Shown one piece after another: positions 11,458 to 24,265 of a stretch of DNA of 64,000 nt. Both the position numbers and the translations under genes were made by a program. Position 1 is the first letter of the stretch; the number at the start of each line of letters is the position of its first letter. The stretch spans positions 124,001 through 188,000 of the forward strand of contig QPMI01000168.1 in assembly GCA_004431415.1 (NCBI GenBank), written 5' to 3'. The notes beneath the pieces are model-generated. The model saw only the letters and a list, made by a program, of their open reading frames with translations, was not told the origin of the DNA and searched no databases. This DNA is from Cyanophora paradoxa CCMP329. Its lineage: Eukaryota; Plantae; Glaucophyta.

Positions 11458-12733
11458 TTAGTCTGCAAAGAGCAGTGTTACCTGGAAAGAAAGTGAGACA
11501 CAGTGAGACACGGTCAAGGCGCATAGAGAGAGCTCTTGCGCACGATACGGCCTTCATTGCGAGCTTTGTCCGCAGCTGAAAGACTGCAGGTGCAAGGTGA
11601 GAAAGCCAGCAGCTTGGAAATCAGAAACAGAAAAAAAATAGCTTACAGCACACGGCTGTCATGAAAAGCAAAGCAGATGAATTGCTGAGCTCTGCTGATA
11701 ATTTCCTGCAACAAGGGCATACGTGATTTCAAATGTATGCCATGCCTGAAAAGGATGTGGAGTACCTCGTTACACAGCCTGCTCGCCTCTGGCAGGGGCA
11801 GGTTATCATTCATCTTATTCTCAAACATCTGCTCAACCTGCCCGGACAAAGTTCGGGTGGTGGCAGAGGATATATGAATAACGGTTTTTGTACCTGCTTC
11901 AGCTGCTCTTGGGACTCCGGGGGTTGCTTGCTCAGGCTCTGAGGTAGGATCACTGTGAGAAGATCTTTGCGGTCCGCGCGAAGTGCGCCACGAATAACAG
12001 CCGCGTTTGCGCCTCCGGCTGACGGCAAAGCCTTGATCAGAGCCCCGGGGGATCAGAACTTCGCGTCTACTTACCACCGGATGTGAAAATGTGATTTCCG
12101 GTGAGCACAAGTGCGTATGCGAGCATCTCGACTATCTGTTGATGCATGAGTGATAGATGCCTTGTCCCCAGCATCGCAATCAGTTTCGGTCCGGTCGCCT
12201 GCCAGCACATCGATATCAGTGACGGAGAGAACTGTCCAAGCTGTTACACTTCGAGAACCTGGATAGCGCGAAGCTCTTGCATAACGGTTTCGATCGAGTA
12301 GTCATCCACGCGGTCTAGAGTGGCAGTGCTTCCGAACTTGGACTGCGGGCGGGCGTCGACGCGCGTTTTTAGGGCAGGGTGGCGTTTTGCGGACTTCCGG
12401 GATCTCCGATGACGGCGTCGAGGTGCCGGGGATGTCGATCGCCTGCGGCTGGCCTGGGTTTGTCGCGTTGTTCGCGCCTTGCTCGGCCCGCGTGAGGGGC
12501 TGCAGGCCAGCGGCCGGCAGAAACCGCCGGCTGGTCTGAAAAGTCAAAGAACGCCCGATCGAGCTCTGCGACGTCCCCAAGAACGTGCTCCGGAGACAGC
12601 TCTCCCGCCGAGAGGTCGCGGTCGGGGCTGCTGGGGACGACGAGGCTCTGTAGCACAGCCGATGTACATCGCACTGAATCGCCTCGCTGCGCGCGCCGTG
12701 TGCGAGAAGCCCGGAGGCGAAAGCCGCTTGCAT
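11458..12733 (-). CDS. Probably plastid-targeted homolog of a cyanobacterial DprA/Smf-like Rossmann-fold protein
   Basis: Spliced core QELRAIQATGPKLIAMLGTRH..HQQIVEMLAYALVLTGNHIFTSGAGGANAAVIRGALRA..LLTVILPQSL.KQPPES..EASRLCN.EIISRAQQFICFAFHDS..VTLLFAD; Ser/Ala/Arg-rich N-terminal extension starting MQAAF. Confidence 0.8.
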
Positions 12734-12855
12734 TTTCCTGTAGCCCTCGTCTGAACGCTCGGTCTAAAAATTTGCAGTTCGCAGAGGCCTCGCCGAGCGC
12801 TGGTGCAGCGCCCATCTTGCTTAGCTAGATAAGTTTCAGTGAGCTTCAAGCGCGT

Positions 12856-13664
12856 ATGCCTCCGAAGAAGAAGGGCGGCAAGAGCCCGCAGAAGGGGAAG
12901 AAAGGCCCCAAGAAAGGTTTGACCCCCTCGAATCAGATAACGATGCGCTGGGCGCTGAACGCTCTATTAGACGATGCGCCCGGGGAGATGGAGCTCACCC
13001 CGGAGGAGAAGTACGAGCGTGCGGTGCTGAAGATCGAGTCTCTGGAGAGGGAGCTTGGTGCGTCTTTTTCTTGCCTTGCCCTGCAGCGCATGACGCATCG
13101 CGCAGTTGCCCGCAACGAGCAGATGCTGCGCGCGGTGGCTGCCCAGAACGAGCTGCGGCAGCGAGTTTTGGAATATCACAGGGACTTCGAGGCGGAGAAG
13201 CAGAATACTCTTGAGATCACGGCGGACATGACTAGGCAGTACAAAGCAATGCAGGAGACGCTAATGGCGAAGAACAATCAGTTGGAGGCAAAGATAGCGG
13301 AGTTGACCGATCAGCTCGAACTCTCCAAGGTCGCACTGGACGAGCTCAAGCGGGAGAAGGATGGGATAATCGTTCAAAAGGAGAAGAAGATTGCCGAGCA
13401 GCGCCAGAAGATGGAGGAAATGGCGATGGAGTTTGGGGACATGCTCAAGGTTAGATTTGTTCGATGGCATGTGCTCTCGAGCATCGCCATTTATATATGC
13501 TCATACAGGAAATTTTGGACAAGATGTCTCAGAGGATAGAAATCACCCGAAGGTGCGCTTTGTTTCGACAGTCCCCTGTGACTGTCCTCACACTGTTGGT
13601 TTGCAGCAACTGGGAGCAAGCAAGCCAACGAATAGAAGAGTTTGCGAGGGATGCAGCAAGCTGA
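12856..13664 (+). CDS. CCDC153: Dynein regulatory complex protein DRC12/CCDC153-like coiled-coil protein
   Basis: MPPKKKG start; ITADMTRQYKAMQE; MEEMAMEFGDMLKEILDKM. Confidence 0.8.
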
Positions 13665-13919
13665 CCCAGTTATCGTCCTCTGTATTTTCACTGTGCCCAT
13701 AAAAACAACAACAACAATGGTCTTAATACAACGAGCTCAGCCCGCGCCAGCCGCGCATCGTGCTTCCTCTTCCGCTTTCGAGCTAGCCTCGGACTGGCCG
13801 GGCCAGCTGCGCGCCGTACTTCTGCTTCCGCTGGGGGGGGAGAGAGAGAGAGAGAGCATGTGGCAAGACGCGAGTTTGTTTGGGGGTACAGGCGCGCATC
13901 TGCATAGGCCAAACCACAG

Positions 13920-14513
13920 ATGGCTCAGAAGCAGAAGCTGAAAGTTGCCGATTCAGGAGGCCTGATAGCTGTGATAGGAGACGAAGTGCGTGCGGCGGCC
14001 GGGGCCAGCTTCTCAGCTAAGCGCACTCGCAGGACACCGTCACAGGGTTCTTGCTCGCGGGCGTCGGGCAGCTCGATGCAAAGAACAAGAAAACGGGAAA
14101 CTTCCTTATAGTGGATAGCAGTGCGCCCTTCGAACGCTGTCAGAGAGGCGTCGCCCACGCGCCCGCAGAGACAACACAGGCTCAGCTGGAGGAGGCGTTT
14201 AAGCGATTCACCTCGCGAGATGATGTGGCAGTTCTGCTCATCAATCAGAACGTGCGCGATCCCCGGCGCTCAACGCTCGTCGCTTCACGCGCGGGGCTGC
14301 AGATTGCGAACGACATCCGGCCTTTGTTAGACAACTACACCCAGATTCTTCCCGCAATATTGGAAATCCCAAGCAAGGACTCTCCGTACGATGCCACAAA
14401 GGATTCTGTAATGAATAGGGCGAAAGGTGCTCCCGGTCGCTCGATCCGCGCGCAGTTTGGGTGGTGCGCTGATTGTGCGCACGCGTCCAGGCTTCTTCGG
14501 CACGCGCGCGTGA
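13920..14513 (+). CDS. ATP6V1F: V-type proton ATPase subunit F
   Basis: LIAVIGDEDTVTGFLLAGVG, NFLIVD, DDVAVLLINQ.IANDIR, LPAILEIPSKDSPYD. Confidence 0.95.
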
Positions 14514-14555
14514 GTGCGTCCGCTGCGTCCGGCCTTGACCTCAGGCCTTGACCTT

Positions 14556-15201
14556 GTACATCCCACACTTGTAGCCCGGACTTGCGGTTGAATTCGTGTC
14601 CAAATGATTTATGGTGCTTTTCCCGGAATCCCTCGAAATTTAATGATCAATTTCACTGAGCGCTAGCATAGCAGCTCGGGTTGACGCAACTCAGTGCCAG
14701 AAACTTTCAAGGAGCCTTAACTTAAATTTATAGACAATTTGCCGGTTTTATTCTTCCTCCCTTCAAAAAGCTTTGATTTCGGCCCCTGGGCCCTAGACAA
14801 GCCCGCCACCCGACGACTCTGAGATCATAGGATGCGACACGTGCAGCTGCAGGCACCTGTAGCCAGTGTCCGCAGGGCCGGGAGGCGCGTAGCACTCTTA
14901 CAGGCAGGCTACAGCCAGAAGGTGGGCTGGACTCCCGACAGCGGCGCCCCGTGGCCTCAGTGTACTGTAGTACATCCCACGCGTGAAGCCCAGACTTGCA
15001 ATTTAGTTCGTGTCCGAATGCTAGCGCCTTAGAAAATATCAGCACGGGCACTCGAGCTAGTGTCCGTGTGGAGGGGCTGTACTCTGAGGCTCCCCTTTCT
15101 GGTAGGCAGGGCCCGCAGTACTCATAAATGCTGCTGTGGCAGTGTACACTTCCACTCTGATGGCCCGGACTGTGCGATTCATATCCGATGATCGTGTCCA
15201 A
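14556..15201 (+). repeat. Three copies of the dispersed repeat (14556-14606, 14852-15024, 15046-15201)
   Basis: Core gtacatcccacacttgtagcccggacttgcggttgaattcgtgtccaaatg and degenerate variants. Confidence 0.8.
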
Positions 15202-15220
15202 ACGCTGTGATCAAAACTGA

Positions 15221-15859
15221 TCAAAACTCTGGAAGCAGATGAAGAGACATAAAAAAGGCCATGGTGAGAATGAGCATGATGAAAAGAGTCATGAATCCCC
15301 AGACAGGCCAGAGGCCTATTAGGAGACAGAGGAAGCTTGTCAGACCGAGGCCAATTGATATGGGGACGGCCTTTGGGAAGTGCGCCTCCCATGCTGCAGA
15401 GCACGTAAAGATAGATCGCGTCTGTTGAGAGCGTTGGTGCTCACCGTTGTCAACTCCGCGCACGTACTTCAGCCACACCGTCACGTACATCGTTAAGAAT
15501 GTGTTTCCCAGAAACGCTGCTACGCCCAAGTTGAACCAACTGCGTCGAACAAAAGGGCTGCCGTGGATGACGTCGAGAAACTCGGAGTAATTCATCACGA
15601 GCACTGCGCCAGCGATCCAGGCGAGCGCCTCGAGCTTGTTCTTCAGCTTTCGATGGCGCTCAGCGTCGCGCTGCATCGACGCAATTCGTTCATTGAGGTC
15701 TGAGCTCGCGCACTTCGTCAAACGACGCGCTACGCGCTCGCAGCGATGCCGTATAGCAGTTCAGATCGGACCTGAATTCGAGAGCCCCGGTGCAGTCTGT
15801 GGGGTATCGCCAGCCGATTCAACCCGCTCATTTGTATGTCGCACGGCTGCGCGCTGCAT
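15221..15859 (-). CDS. TMEM128: TMEM128-like multi-pass membrane protein
   Basis: Four hydrophobic segments; WEAHFPKAVPI, IGLWPVWGFMTLFI; start codon inferred through a spliced first exon. Confidence 0.7.
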
Positions 15860-16819
15860 CTAGATCTGAGCTTCTGTCCGCTTGTCAGCGACGTGCACCG
15901 TGCGCGCTTGTCACCCACGCTTGGCGCCCGCGCGTGGATACACGCTTTCTGATGTTCCTGACTAAGACTCCTGTTCAACACCGCGTTTTTAGTTCTTCTT
16001 CGCAGGGCCTGCCGCGTGCTGCCGCTGCTGCGGTGCGAAAGGGGTACTATAATCAAAGATCAAAGGTGCAGGCCTTGCCAAGTTGCCCGGAGGCCCCTGA
16101 GGCTCGCCCGTTCTCGGAATCTACTGGAGCCCCGAATTCGGAGGCGTCCCCCGCTCTGCCGAGCAAAAGATGGAGCCGCATTGATATCGACTCGGCGAGT
16201 CAGAAGAGGCGGCCGGCGCCCCCAGCGCTGCCATGGCCATGGGTCGCCGGCGCCGAGTCGCCGAGATTCGACTCACGGTACTGGTGGGGCGAATCGCGGC
16301 CCGAAAATATTAATTCAAATCGCTGATTCAGAGCGCTAGCCGTGCACGCTATGTCGTAGTGCACATGTAAATTAAAAACCAAATCATGAACAAATTAAAG
16401 CCCCCGGCCCCAGGCCCCCTGAGGTCCCGGGTCCATGGCCAGATCTAGATTGCAACATGGGGACTCCGGAAGATCTAGAGGAGCTCGAGCTATAGCTAGC
16501 GCTCAGCGGCTAGCTTTAGCTAGCACTCGATTGCAAGCTCACTGAGTCATGATCACGATCGCTATCAATTGCATGCAAGCTCTCACCACTGGCCAGGCCA
16601 TGACATTTCAAAGTTTCCGACTTCCGAGTAGATATCGATGTATGCATATGTATATAAAGCGCATACGGTATTGCTTTTGTATTTGCTCCCAGTCATCACA
16701 TGCCCCACCGCACCCAACAGCACAGAGGCCCCGATAACCATCTCTAAGCATCAGACACAGCATCTCTATGCAGTTGGCAGAAAAAAAGTAGTTCCTGGAT
16801 CTGTGCAGTTTACAATTCA

Positions 16820-19446
16820 CTACCCTGCCAGAGGGGCCTGCCAAATGAGAATAGCTCCCTCCTCACCAACCGAGACAATGCTACGCTGATCTGGCGAGAT
16901 CTTTAGCCGCGTGATAGCGCCACTGTGCCCAATTCCCCTGTATTTGCAGAGCCCCTCATCGTAGTTCCACACCTGAGCGATCAGTCAACAACTGTTATGG
17001 ACTGCAAAAGGAGCCGGATGTGCGCGCACCTTAACAAGCTTGTCAGCTCCACCAGACACGAACTTGTCACCTGTGCTGCTGATGTCCAATGCACACATCT
17101 CTGCTGAATCGGATCCTTCAAGCACACGAATAGCACTCCCATCAAACGCATCCCAGTACGTAATTTTCCGATCCGTGCCAGTTGTCAAGAGCTGACTCTC
17201 ATCTGAAGATAAAAACCTCTTAATACTGGCAGCACAGGACAAAAGAGCCTTCACGAACCGGGGAAGTAGACTATAGACTTGAAGAAGGTGCTTGCGAAGA
17301 GGCTGTTGTTCCGGACATATCGGTTCAAATCCTGTATGGCATTAGGCACGATGAAGCAATCATGAAATGATGAACACATACCCAAATGATGCACGAGCCA
17401 TCACTGCTTGAGCTGACGAATTCGGTGTCGTTCTTGCGAACTTTAATGTCGTTGACGGCACCTAATCGCAAACGTTACCAAGACAGATAGTCTGGCTGCT
17501 TTGAAACACCTACCAGTGTGCTCTTTCATGCTTGCAAGCATGACCTGCGACTCCTTGCCAAGCTTCCACACTCGCACCTGCAGACGATGATAAGTATTGA
17601 CGAGATCGATGACAACACACACAATACCTGGCCATCAACACCACCAGTGAGAAGCCTTGCACAGTCATGTGTGGCCGCAATGGCCGTCACAGCACCAATG
17701 TGGGCGTCCTTGATCACAAAGAGCTGAAAAGCGAATATGAATCCACGGAACGTAAGAAAACAACACAAACTGCTCACGAGCTTGCCCGACTGTGGGCCGA
17801 AAGCCCGAACCTTTCCATCCCCCCAACCTAATCAAAGAGTGAGGGTTTCTGGCTGTAAAATCAACGAAAGGTCTTACCACTGAGAATCATCTTGCCGTCG
17901 TCAGTGAAGCAGATGCAATGGCACTCAATGCCTTGCACTTGGATGCGGAGAAGCTCGGTGCATTGCCGTGCATGCCAGATGCGAATGTCGCCAATCGAGC
18001 AAGTCGCAAAAAGCTCCGAGTACCCCCTAACCAAAGTATAAGAATGCAGACAGCGCGAGATGAGACAAGAATAGCATACTTCGGGAAGGCGATGTCGTTG
18101 ATCCTGCTAAAGTGACATGTCCCACGCAGCTCTGGCCGGAGGTCGCCAAGTGGAACGTAGTACATATTTGCAAGCCGTGAGCCGGCGAAGAAGCCCTTCC
18201 CATCCGGAGTGAGGGAAATCGAGGTGACTCCCCCATCAATTTTACAATTTCTGCTGAAAAAATCAGCTCGTTTACGGAGCCAGAGAAGCGGAATCAGAAT
18301 CACACCTGGCCGAGAGCAAAGTGTCCTTTTTCATAAGCGTAATGGTGCCATCGCCAGAGCCAACGAGCAGGTCGCCATTCGGGAGCTTGGCAACCTTTGC
18401 CACACACATTAGGTCCCCATTGTGGCACATCAGTGAGCTTAGGAGCGCACCGAGAGAATTCCTTCAGTAAGCGGCTGCTTGGGCCCGTGGTGCTTATAGA
18501 GCTTCGGTCCAAGGCTGACCTGCTCCGATTAATCAGGAAAACATGCAACGCAATGCCGGAGCACTATACCACACCTGGAAGAGGTCCCCCGAGCTGCTTC
18601 CCGCGTACATATACTGATCGTCGTCATCAATGACAAGGTCATTAATAATCCGTCTCTTTCGCCCAAGGTTGCAGTCTGCACAATTAAATCAGAGAAGAAG
18701 GCCAGCGAAATAAAAAAATTCAGAGCTGACCAGTAGGCCGTACTTTACGATTCTCCAGATCGAAATCCCACACGCGAAGACTATAATTCCCAGCGGTGAC
18801 AAGGGCGTCGTCCCTGTTGTTGAACCACTTCACCACCAAGACATTGTCGTTTGCAGCGGGATTGCCGCAGATGGCCTGGCCGGTCTCAACGTTCCAGATC
18901 ACAATGTTGTTGTCATCCTGGCCGCCAAGCGATGCCAGGTAGCGGTCGTTGTGCGAAAACGCAAGCGACTGGACCTTCACTTTGTGCAGCACAAGGCGGT
19001 GCACAAGCTTGCGCTCCACAAAGTCCCATACGATAATGTCTGCGCAGCAATATGAGTGCTCCAAAACGTCGCGCGGTGAACTGGCGGACCAGCCTGGAAT
19101 CCCATGTAGGTCACTTGGCCGGAAGCGATGTACCGCCCCGACTTCGACAGCGCAAGACATGAGATCTTATCCGAGTGCCCTTGCAAAAACGTAGACTGAC
19201 GCGGGTTCTTGAGATCCCGGATTACAACTGGCACTTAGGGGTGAGCGGCAGCGTAGCTAACGCGCACGCATGCGCGCTCACCGGTGCTTCCTAGAGGATA
19301 GATGAGGAACTGGCCCGACGGGTGTACCTGTGTCGCCGGGCCGCTTTAGCCACGTCCGCCGCTGAGCGACTAGAACGAACCTGCAAACCGCTCGGGATGG
19401 TTCCAGAGAAACCCACGGTGGCTTCTAGCGGCAGGTCGGATGCCAT
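16820..19446 (-). CDS. CFAP52: Cilia- and flagella-associated protein 52 (WDR16)
   Basis: LIYPLGSTVVIR, FLQGHSD.ISCLALSKSGRYIASGQ, LHKVKVQSLAFS, ASLGGQDD, TGTDRKITYWD.FDGSAIR. Confidence 0.93.
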
Positions 19447-19927
19447 CTAAGCTAGCAAGCGACGCTAATCGGTCGCCGCGCCGCTCTTCGGGGAGTTGTT
19501 CGCCGCGCTTGCTGGCCGGCGGGGTCTTGGCTGCTGGGACTCGGGAAATCGCTCTCGCTGTGCTGGTGCGCCGGCTATGGCCTGCTCGTGGTTCTTCTGG
19601 TGCGCGGGGCGCGTTTCCACCACCTCGTCCCAAATTAAAAATTGGCTTAGAGCGAGTACCCCCGAGGGTTGCGAGCTGCGAGCAGCTCAGAAACTTGCAA
19701 GTGCAGCCTCAGCAACAAGATCGAGCATCAGCAACTTGCGAGTGCAGCCTAGCATCGATTTACAGCGCCTCGCGAAGCAGCACCGGCCCAGGACGCGATC
19801 CGGCCCCTCGGCGTTGCCCGGCCGTTACAGGCCCGCCGGGGCTTCCTTAGCTCACGATCGCTGCGGAATCGGCCTCCTAGAGATTCCTTAGCTTTACGAT
19901 GCTGTTTCGCAAGCGCTAGCACCAGCG

Positions 19928-20878
19928 ATGCCGCCGTCGTTTGAGCGTGAAGTCAATCGGCACCTAGCTGCGCTTCAGGAAGCGATCAAGTGCGTGCCCG
20001 CAGCGAGCTGCATCGCTAGAAAGTTAACAGCTCATTCGTGGTCAAAAACTTTGCTGCGAGCGTTGACATCCCAAAGTTAATAGCTCATACGTGGTGTCGC
20101 GCAGCGCTCTTCAGGTGCTGTCGTACAACAGCCCTGAGGCCTACGTTGGCAAATCCACTTGTGAATTGGTGAGGGGATCAGGGCATTTCTTCCGATGAAA
20201 CCGGAGAGCTGAGTGCTGGCGCGCAGATCATTTCCGAGGCTTTCGGTCTTTTCAATATTGTCAGGATGCGAGTTCTTCTCCAATCAGTTAGATCTCTCAA
20301 TGTCGAGCCGGTGTCGCAGGCGTCAACTCCATCTCTTGCCCGGTCAAGCCCAGCAGCAGTTGAGCCAGCTGAACCTCAGCACAGCGTTCACCAGCTGTCA
20401 GAGGAATCTGCAGACGAAGACGACAGCTCTGAATCTAGCTCAAAGAGACAAGCTCCTTCAAAGAACAATCTCAACGATCAATTCATTCTCGGTGGGTCAA
20501 GAAGATTTTCTACACACATGTCTTTTTCTGCACTGACGATCACGAGCCTTCAGATTACACGACGACCTTGAGGTGCTTGTGCTTTTTTTTCCAAATGAGT
20601 CGCCTGTAGGAATCAACCATCGTGCAGAAAGTTCCTGTGCTCGTTTGCGGTTCACATGGCTGCAGCTCAGGCATTGAAGTCGTGGTTCTTTTGGAAGAGA
20701 GAGGTCTGATTTGCATCGTCTGGTAGATATGCACAAGAGTGATCTAGATGGTGCGCAGGAAATCAGACAGACACTAGGGAAGGACATGGACCAGCTACTG
20801 AACCTGAAGCAGATGATGCTGCAGAGCACTTCCACCTCTCGTTCTCCTGGTTCGCCCTCTCACTTCTTCGTCGAGTAG
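19928..20878 (+). CDS. Hypothetical protein (spliced)
   Basis: MPPSFEREVNRHLAALQEAI.. continues through GT-AG introns of typical size to ..SPSHFFVE*; no family recognised. Confidence 0.5.
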
Positions 20879-22161
20879 TCATTAGTTTGATTGGGTGACC
20901 ATTCAGGGGCTCTGGTATCATCCAGGAGCCTGCAAGCATCACACACCGCTTCGGACCCTATGATGGGATTAGCGCCCCAGGGCCTGTGCCAATCGATGTT
21001 TTCGCAAGTGGCATCCATCTGTTCATCTGGCTGATGCAATCGTTGGTGTACCTACGCTATCTATCCAATATGTAAGAGGAAATATTACCATATAACCGAT
21101 TTGCCACCACTACCACAGCTGTCAATTGCATGCTCTATCCAGCGCCATAGCTGCTGCATTACTGATGCTTTTAATTTTGACGAGACATGCGATGTCAGTG
21201 CTCAAACAGTCTTGGGAGAAAGTCGACATGTTTAATCGTGACATGTACATGTACGGTGATGTCAGCTGACACACGTGCATATATATATGTACAATGTATA
21301 GCCGATCACACGGTCCAGATCTACGTATACATCCCGGCCCGGCCCGGCCCTGGCCTATAGCTAGGCCTGCATGCGCAGCTGGCGCCGGCGAGAGAGAGAG
21401 AACACGCTTCTTGGACTAGTACTAGTTGCCAAGGCAGCGACTTGACTACTGTGCTAAATATACTATGATATATCCCTTTTTAGGTATTCTGTGACTCCCT
21501 GCATGCGATACTGTGATAGGAGTACCATGCCATGATGCACTATCTAGAAGCCAATTGCAATTTTCAATCTGGAACTCAAAGCGGTACCGGTTGTTGCAAG
21601 TGCCACGTGTACGGTGTTACAGAATGCGATTGCGAGCATCAACACATGAGCCTCGGAGCTATAGCAGATTTGTCTTACTCAAATGAACTCCGGTGAACAG
21701 ATTTAATTTGTCTTACTCGATTGCGAGACCACGAAGATGCAGAACATGCGACTGCCACTTGGCATGAGCTCGCGATCGATCGTATGCGCATGCGTGTCTC
21801 AAATATTTAATTTAATGGGCATGCGCATGCATGCATATGCACATGCTGAGACACTGTGACATGCCGGAAAAGATTGAATGCGCCGACCGTGCTGAAAAGG
21901 GAGCCCTGGCCGGTCGATTGCAGCTCAGCGGCTGGAGCTCGAGTACGGTACCGGTTCGCCCCGATGAACTGTTGAATGTTCAACCGCGATCCTTTATTAA
22001 GCCTTACCCCCCCCCCCCCCCCCCCCCTTGGCGGCAAAATTTCGAACGCGCTCAGCACCGCCACAGCGCGCTCTCGAGCGGATCCGAGTACACGGGCAGC
22101 GCTTCAGTCGTGAACAGGCTCAGGGGGTTCGCATCCGCGCTCGCAGCGTTCAGACGGCAAA

Positions 22162-23895
22162 ATGCTGTGGGCCGACAAGCATCGGCCTCTGACGCTTGAC
22201 AGTATGACGTACCACAAGTGCGCTTGCGCTTGCGGCGCCGCGCGCACGCCTCTCTGAGTGCGCTGGGACCAGGGACCTGTCGCAGCACCTGAAGCGGATG
22301 TGCGAGAGCGGGGACTTCCCGCACATTCTCATGTACGGCCCGTCGGGCGCTGGAAAGAAGACACGTGTGATGGCTCTGTTGCGCCAAAGCTTCGGGCCAA
22401 CCGTCGAGAAGGTGCGCGGCGCTCGCAGCAATGAACTCGCAAGCGCTATCGAGCTCGGCGCTCGGAGCAACGAACTCGCAAGCTATCGAGCTCACAGCCG
22501 TATATGCAGCTGAAAGTGGAGAATCGCATCTTCAAGGCACGCGCTAACTTTCTCCTCTTTCATTTCGATTTTCACGGCGCCGGCAGTTCGCAAATTCTTC
22601 AACGGGGGTCGAGCTCGCAACTGTCGGAAGCTCGCACCACATCGAGATCACGCCCAGCGATGCCGGGAACTCAGATCGCCTCGTGGTACAAGAGCTTATT
22701 AAGGAGATTGCTCAGAGCCAACCTCTCGCCACGTCCTCCGACAAGGACAAGGTTCAACCATTCAAAGGTGACACAGAGCTTGATTGCGCTCGACTGAGTC
22801 CTGACTGCGTTCGCTGTCTCAGTGGTCATTTTGAACGAGGTTCACTGCTCTCTTGAGTTTGCGCACCTTCTTGTGTTTTTTGTTGCTCTGAATACTCGAC
22901 GTTGCACAGGTCGACAGGCTCAGCAAAGAAGCTCAACATGCACTGCGGCGGACAATGGAGAAATACATGGCCACATGTCGTATCATTTTGTGTTGCACCA
23001 CAGCCTCAAAAGTACAGGAGTTGTGTCGTTTTTCCTCTGCAGGGGTTCTGAATGCTGCTCTGTTTCAGGTGATCGAACCAGTCAGGAGCAGATGCCTCCT
23101 CATCCGTGTTGGCGCGCCAACTTTGCAAGAGGTAATTCAGCAATTCTTAGTCATGCAAAGAATTTACAAAATTGGCCAGATTATACAAGCGCTTCAATCT
23201 GTGGCCCGCAAGGAGAACCTGACTCTGCCCGAATCTCTTGCTCAGCGAATAGCCGAAGTACGTTTTGGCTTGACTTGGTTGAGCACATCTCTTGCATCTG
23301 ATGAGTGACACAGGCGAGTGATCGGAACCTCCGCCGGGCTATTCTGATGCTGGAGGCATGCAAGGTCCAGCAGTATCCCTTCACAAACGACCAGCAAATC
23401 CCTATAGCAGACTGGGAGCGTTTCATACAAGAGATTGCTCGAGATATCCTTGACGAACAGAGCTCGAAAAGGCTTGCGGTTGTTTCACCCATTTTCTGCA
23501 CTCTCCCTTCATCTGAAAATCTGCTACTTCAGGCTATACAGTGTGCGTCAAAAGCTCTACGAGCTCTTGGTGAATTGTGTGCCTTCGGATATCATATTCA
23601 AGGTAGTCGAAGAGTATGTTACTCCGTTCTCAGCATCTGATCACGAGTGTGTTTCAGCGGCTGACCATGGAGCTCGTCAAGTCAATGGATGCCCAACTGC
23701 AAACAGATGTCGTCTCCTGGGCAGCACACTATGTGCGTTCCCCCCAAATGTCTTTACTCTGTGCCTCACTGCATACGATAGGAATACCGCTGCCAACTTG
23801 GACAGAAGCCGATCTTCCATCTGGAAGCTTTTGTTGCAAGGGTCATGGCAATATACAAGGGCTTCCTCGTCAGCATGGTTGGCGCGTTCGATTGA
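22162..23895 (+). CDS. RFC3: Replication factor C small subunit (human RFC3 / yeast Rfc5)
   Basis: MLWADKHRP, FPHILMYGPSGAGKKTR, HIEITPSDAGN, LRRTMEKY, IEPVRSRC, RNLRRAILMLE, FHLEAFVA. Confidence 0.95.
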
Positions 23896-24084
23896 GGTGA
23901 AACTTGTGCGGCCTTGTAATCTACACTTATGCATTTGAGACATTTGATTACGATCTGACCCTTCCTGTGATCCATCTGGAGTGAGGGGCGGGAGGCCTTT
24001 GTAAAGCATTCCTTCCCCTTGGGGCCTTCGGGGAATGGCCAAGCCTATAGCTGTTTATTGATTTTATGGCGGGAATATATTGGT

Positions 24085-24180
24085 GTGTTCTTCTGAACGT
24101 TCACCTTCTTCGCCCCCTCGAGAAGCACGAACAGCTGAAATCGATCCGGCGAATTCATCTTTGTTCAGCGCGCTGTCTCT
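24085..24180 (-). pseudogene. Decayed copy of the RPB11 5' end
   Basis: acgttcaccttcttcgccccctcg..agcacgaacagct..aatcgatccggcg..ttcatctttgttcagcgcgc matches about 25590-25684. Confidence 0.85.
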
Positions 24181-24188
24181 GAACTCTT

Positions 24189-24265
24189 CTTCGCCCCAAT
24201 GACAGGGGCCGCACCTCTGCCCCATGGCAGGGGCCGTACCTTCGCCCCAGTGGCAGGGGCTGCAC
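24189..24265. repeat. Three tandem 25-26 nt units, each a GCCCC..GGGGC hairpin
   Basis: cttcgccccaatgacaggggccgcac / ctctgccccatggcaggggccgtac / cttcgccccagtggcaggggctgcac. Confidence 0.85.

Noticed and set aside
23444-23455. ATATCCTT resembling a U12 donor in RFC3
   Set aside because: Lies in conserved coding sequence (ARDILDE) and no intron is needed
24189-24265. Palindromic 26-nt repeats resembling a CRISPR array
   Set aside because: No spacers, no cas genes, eukaryotic context
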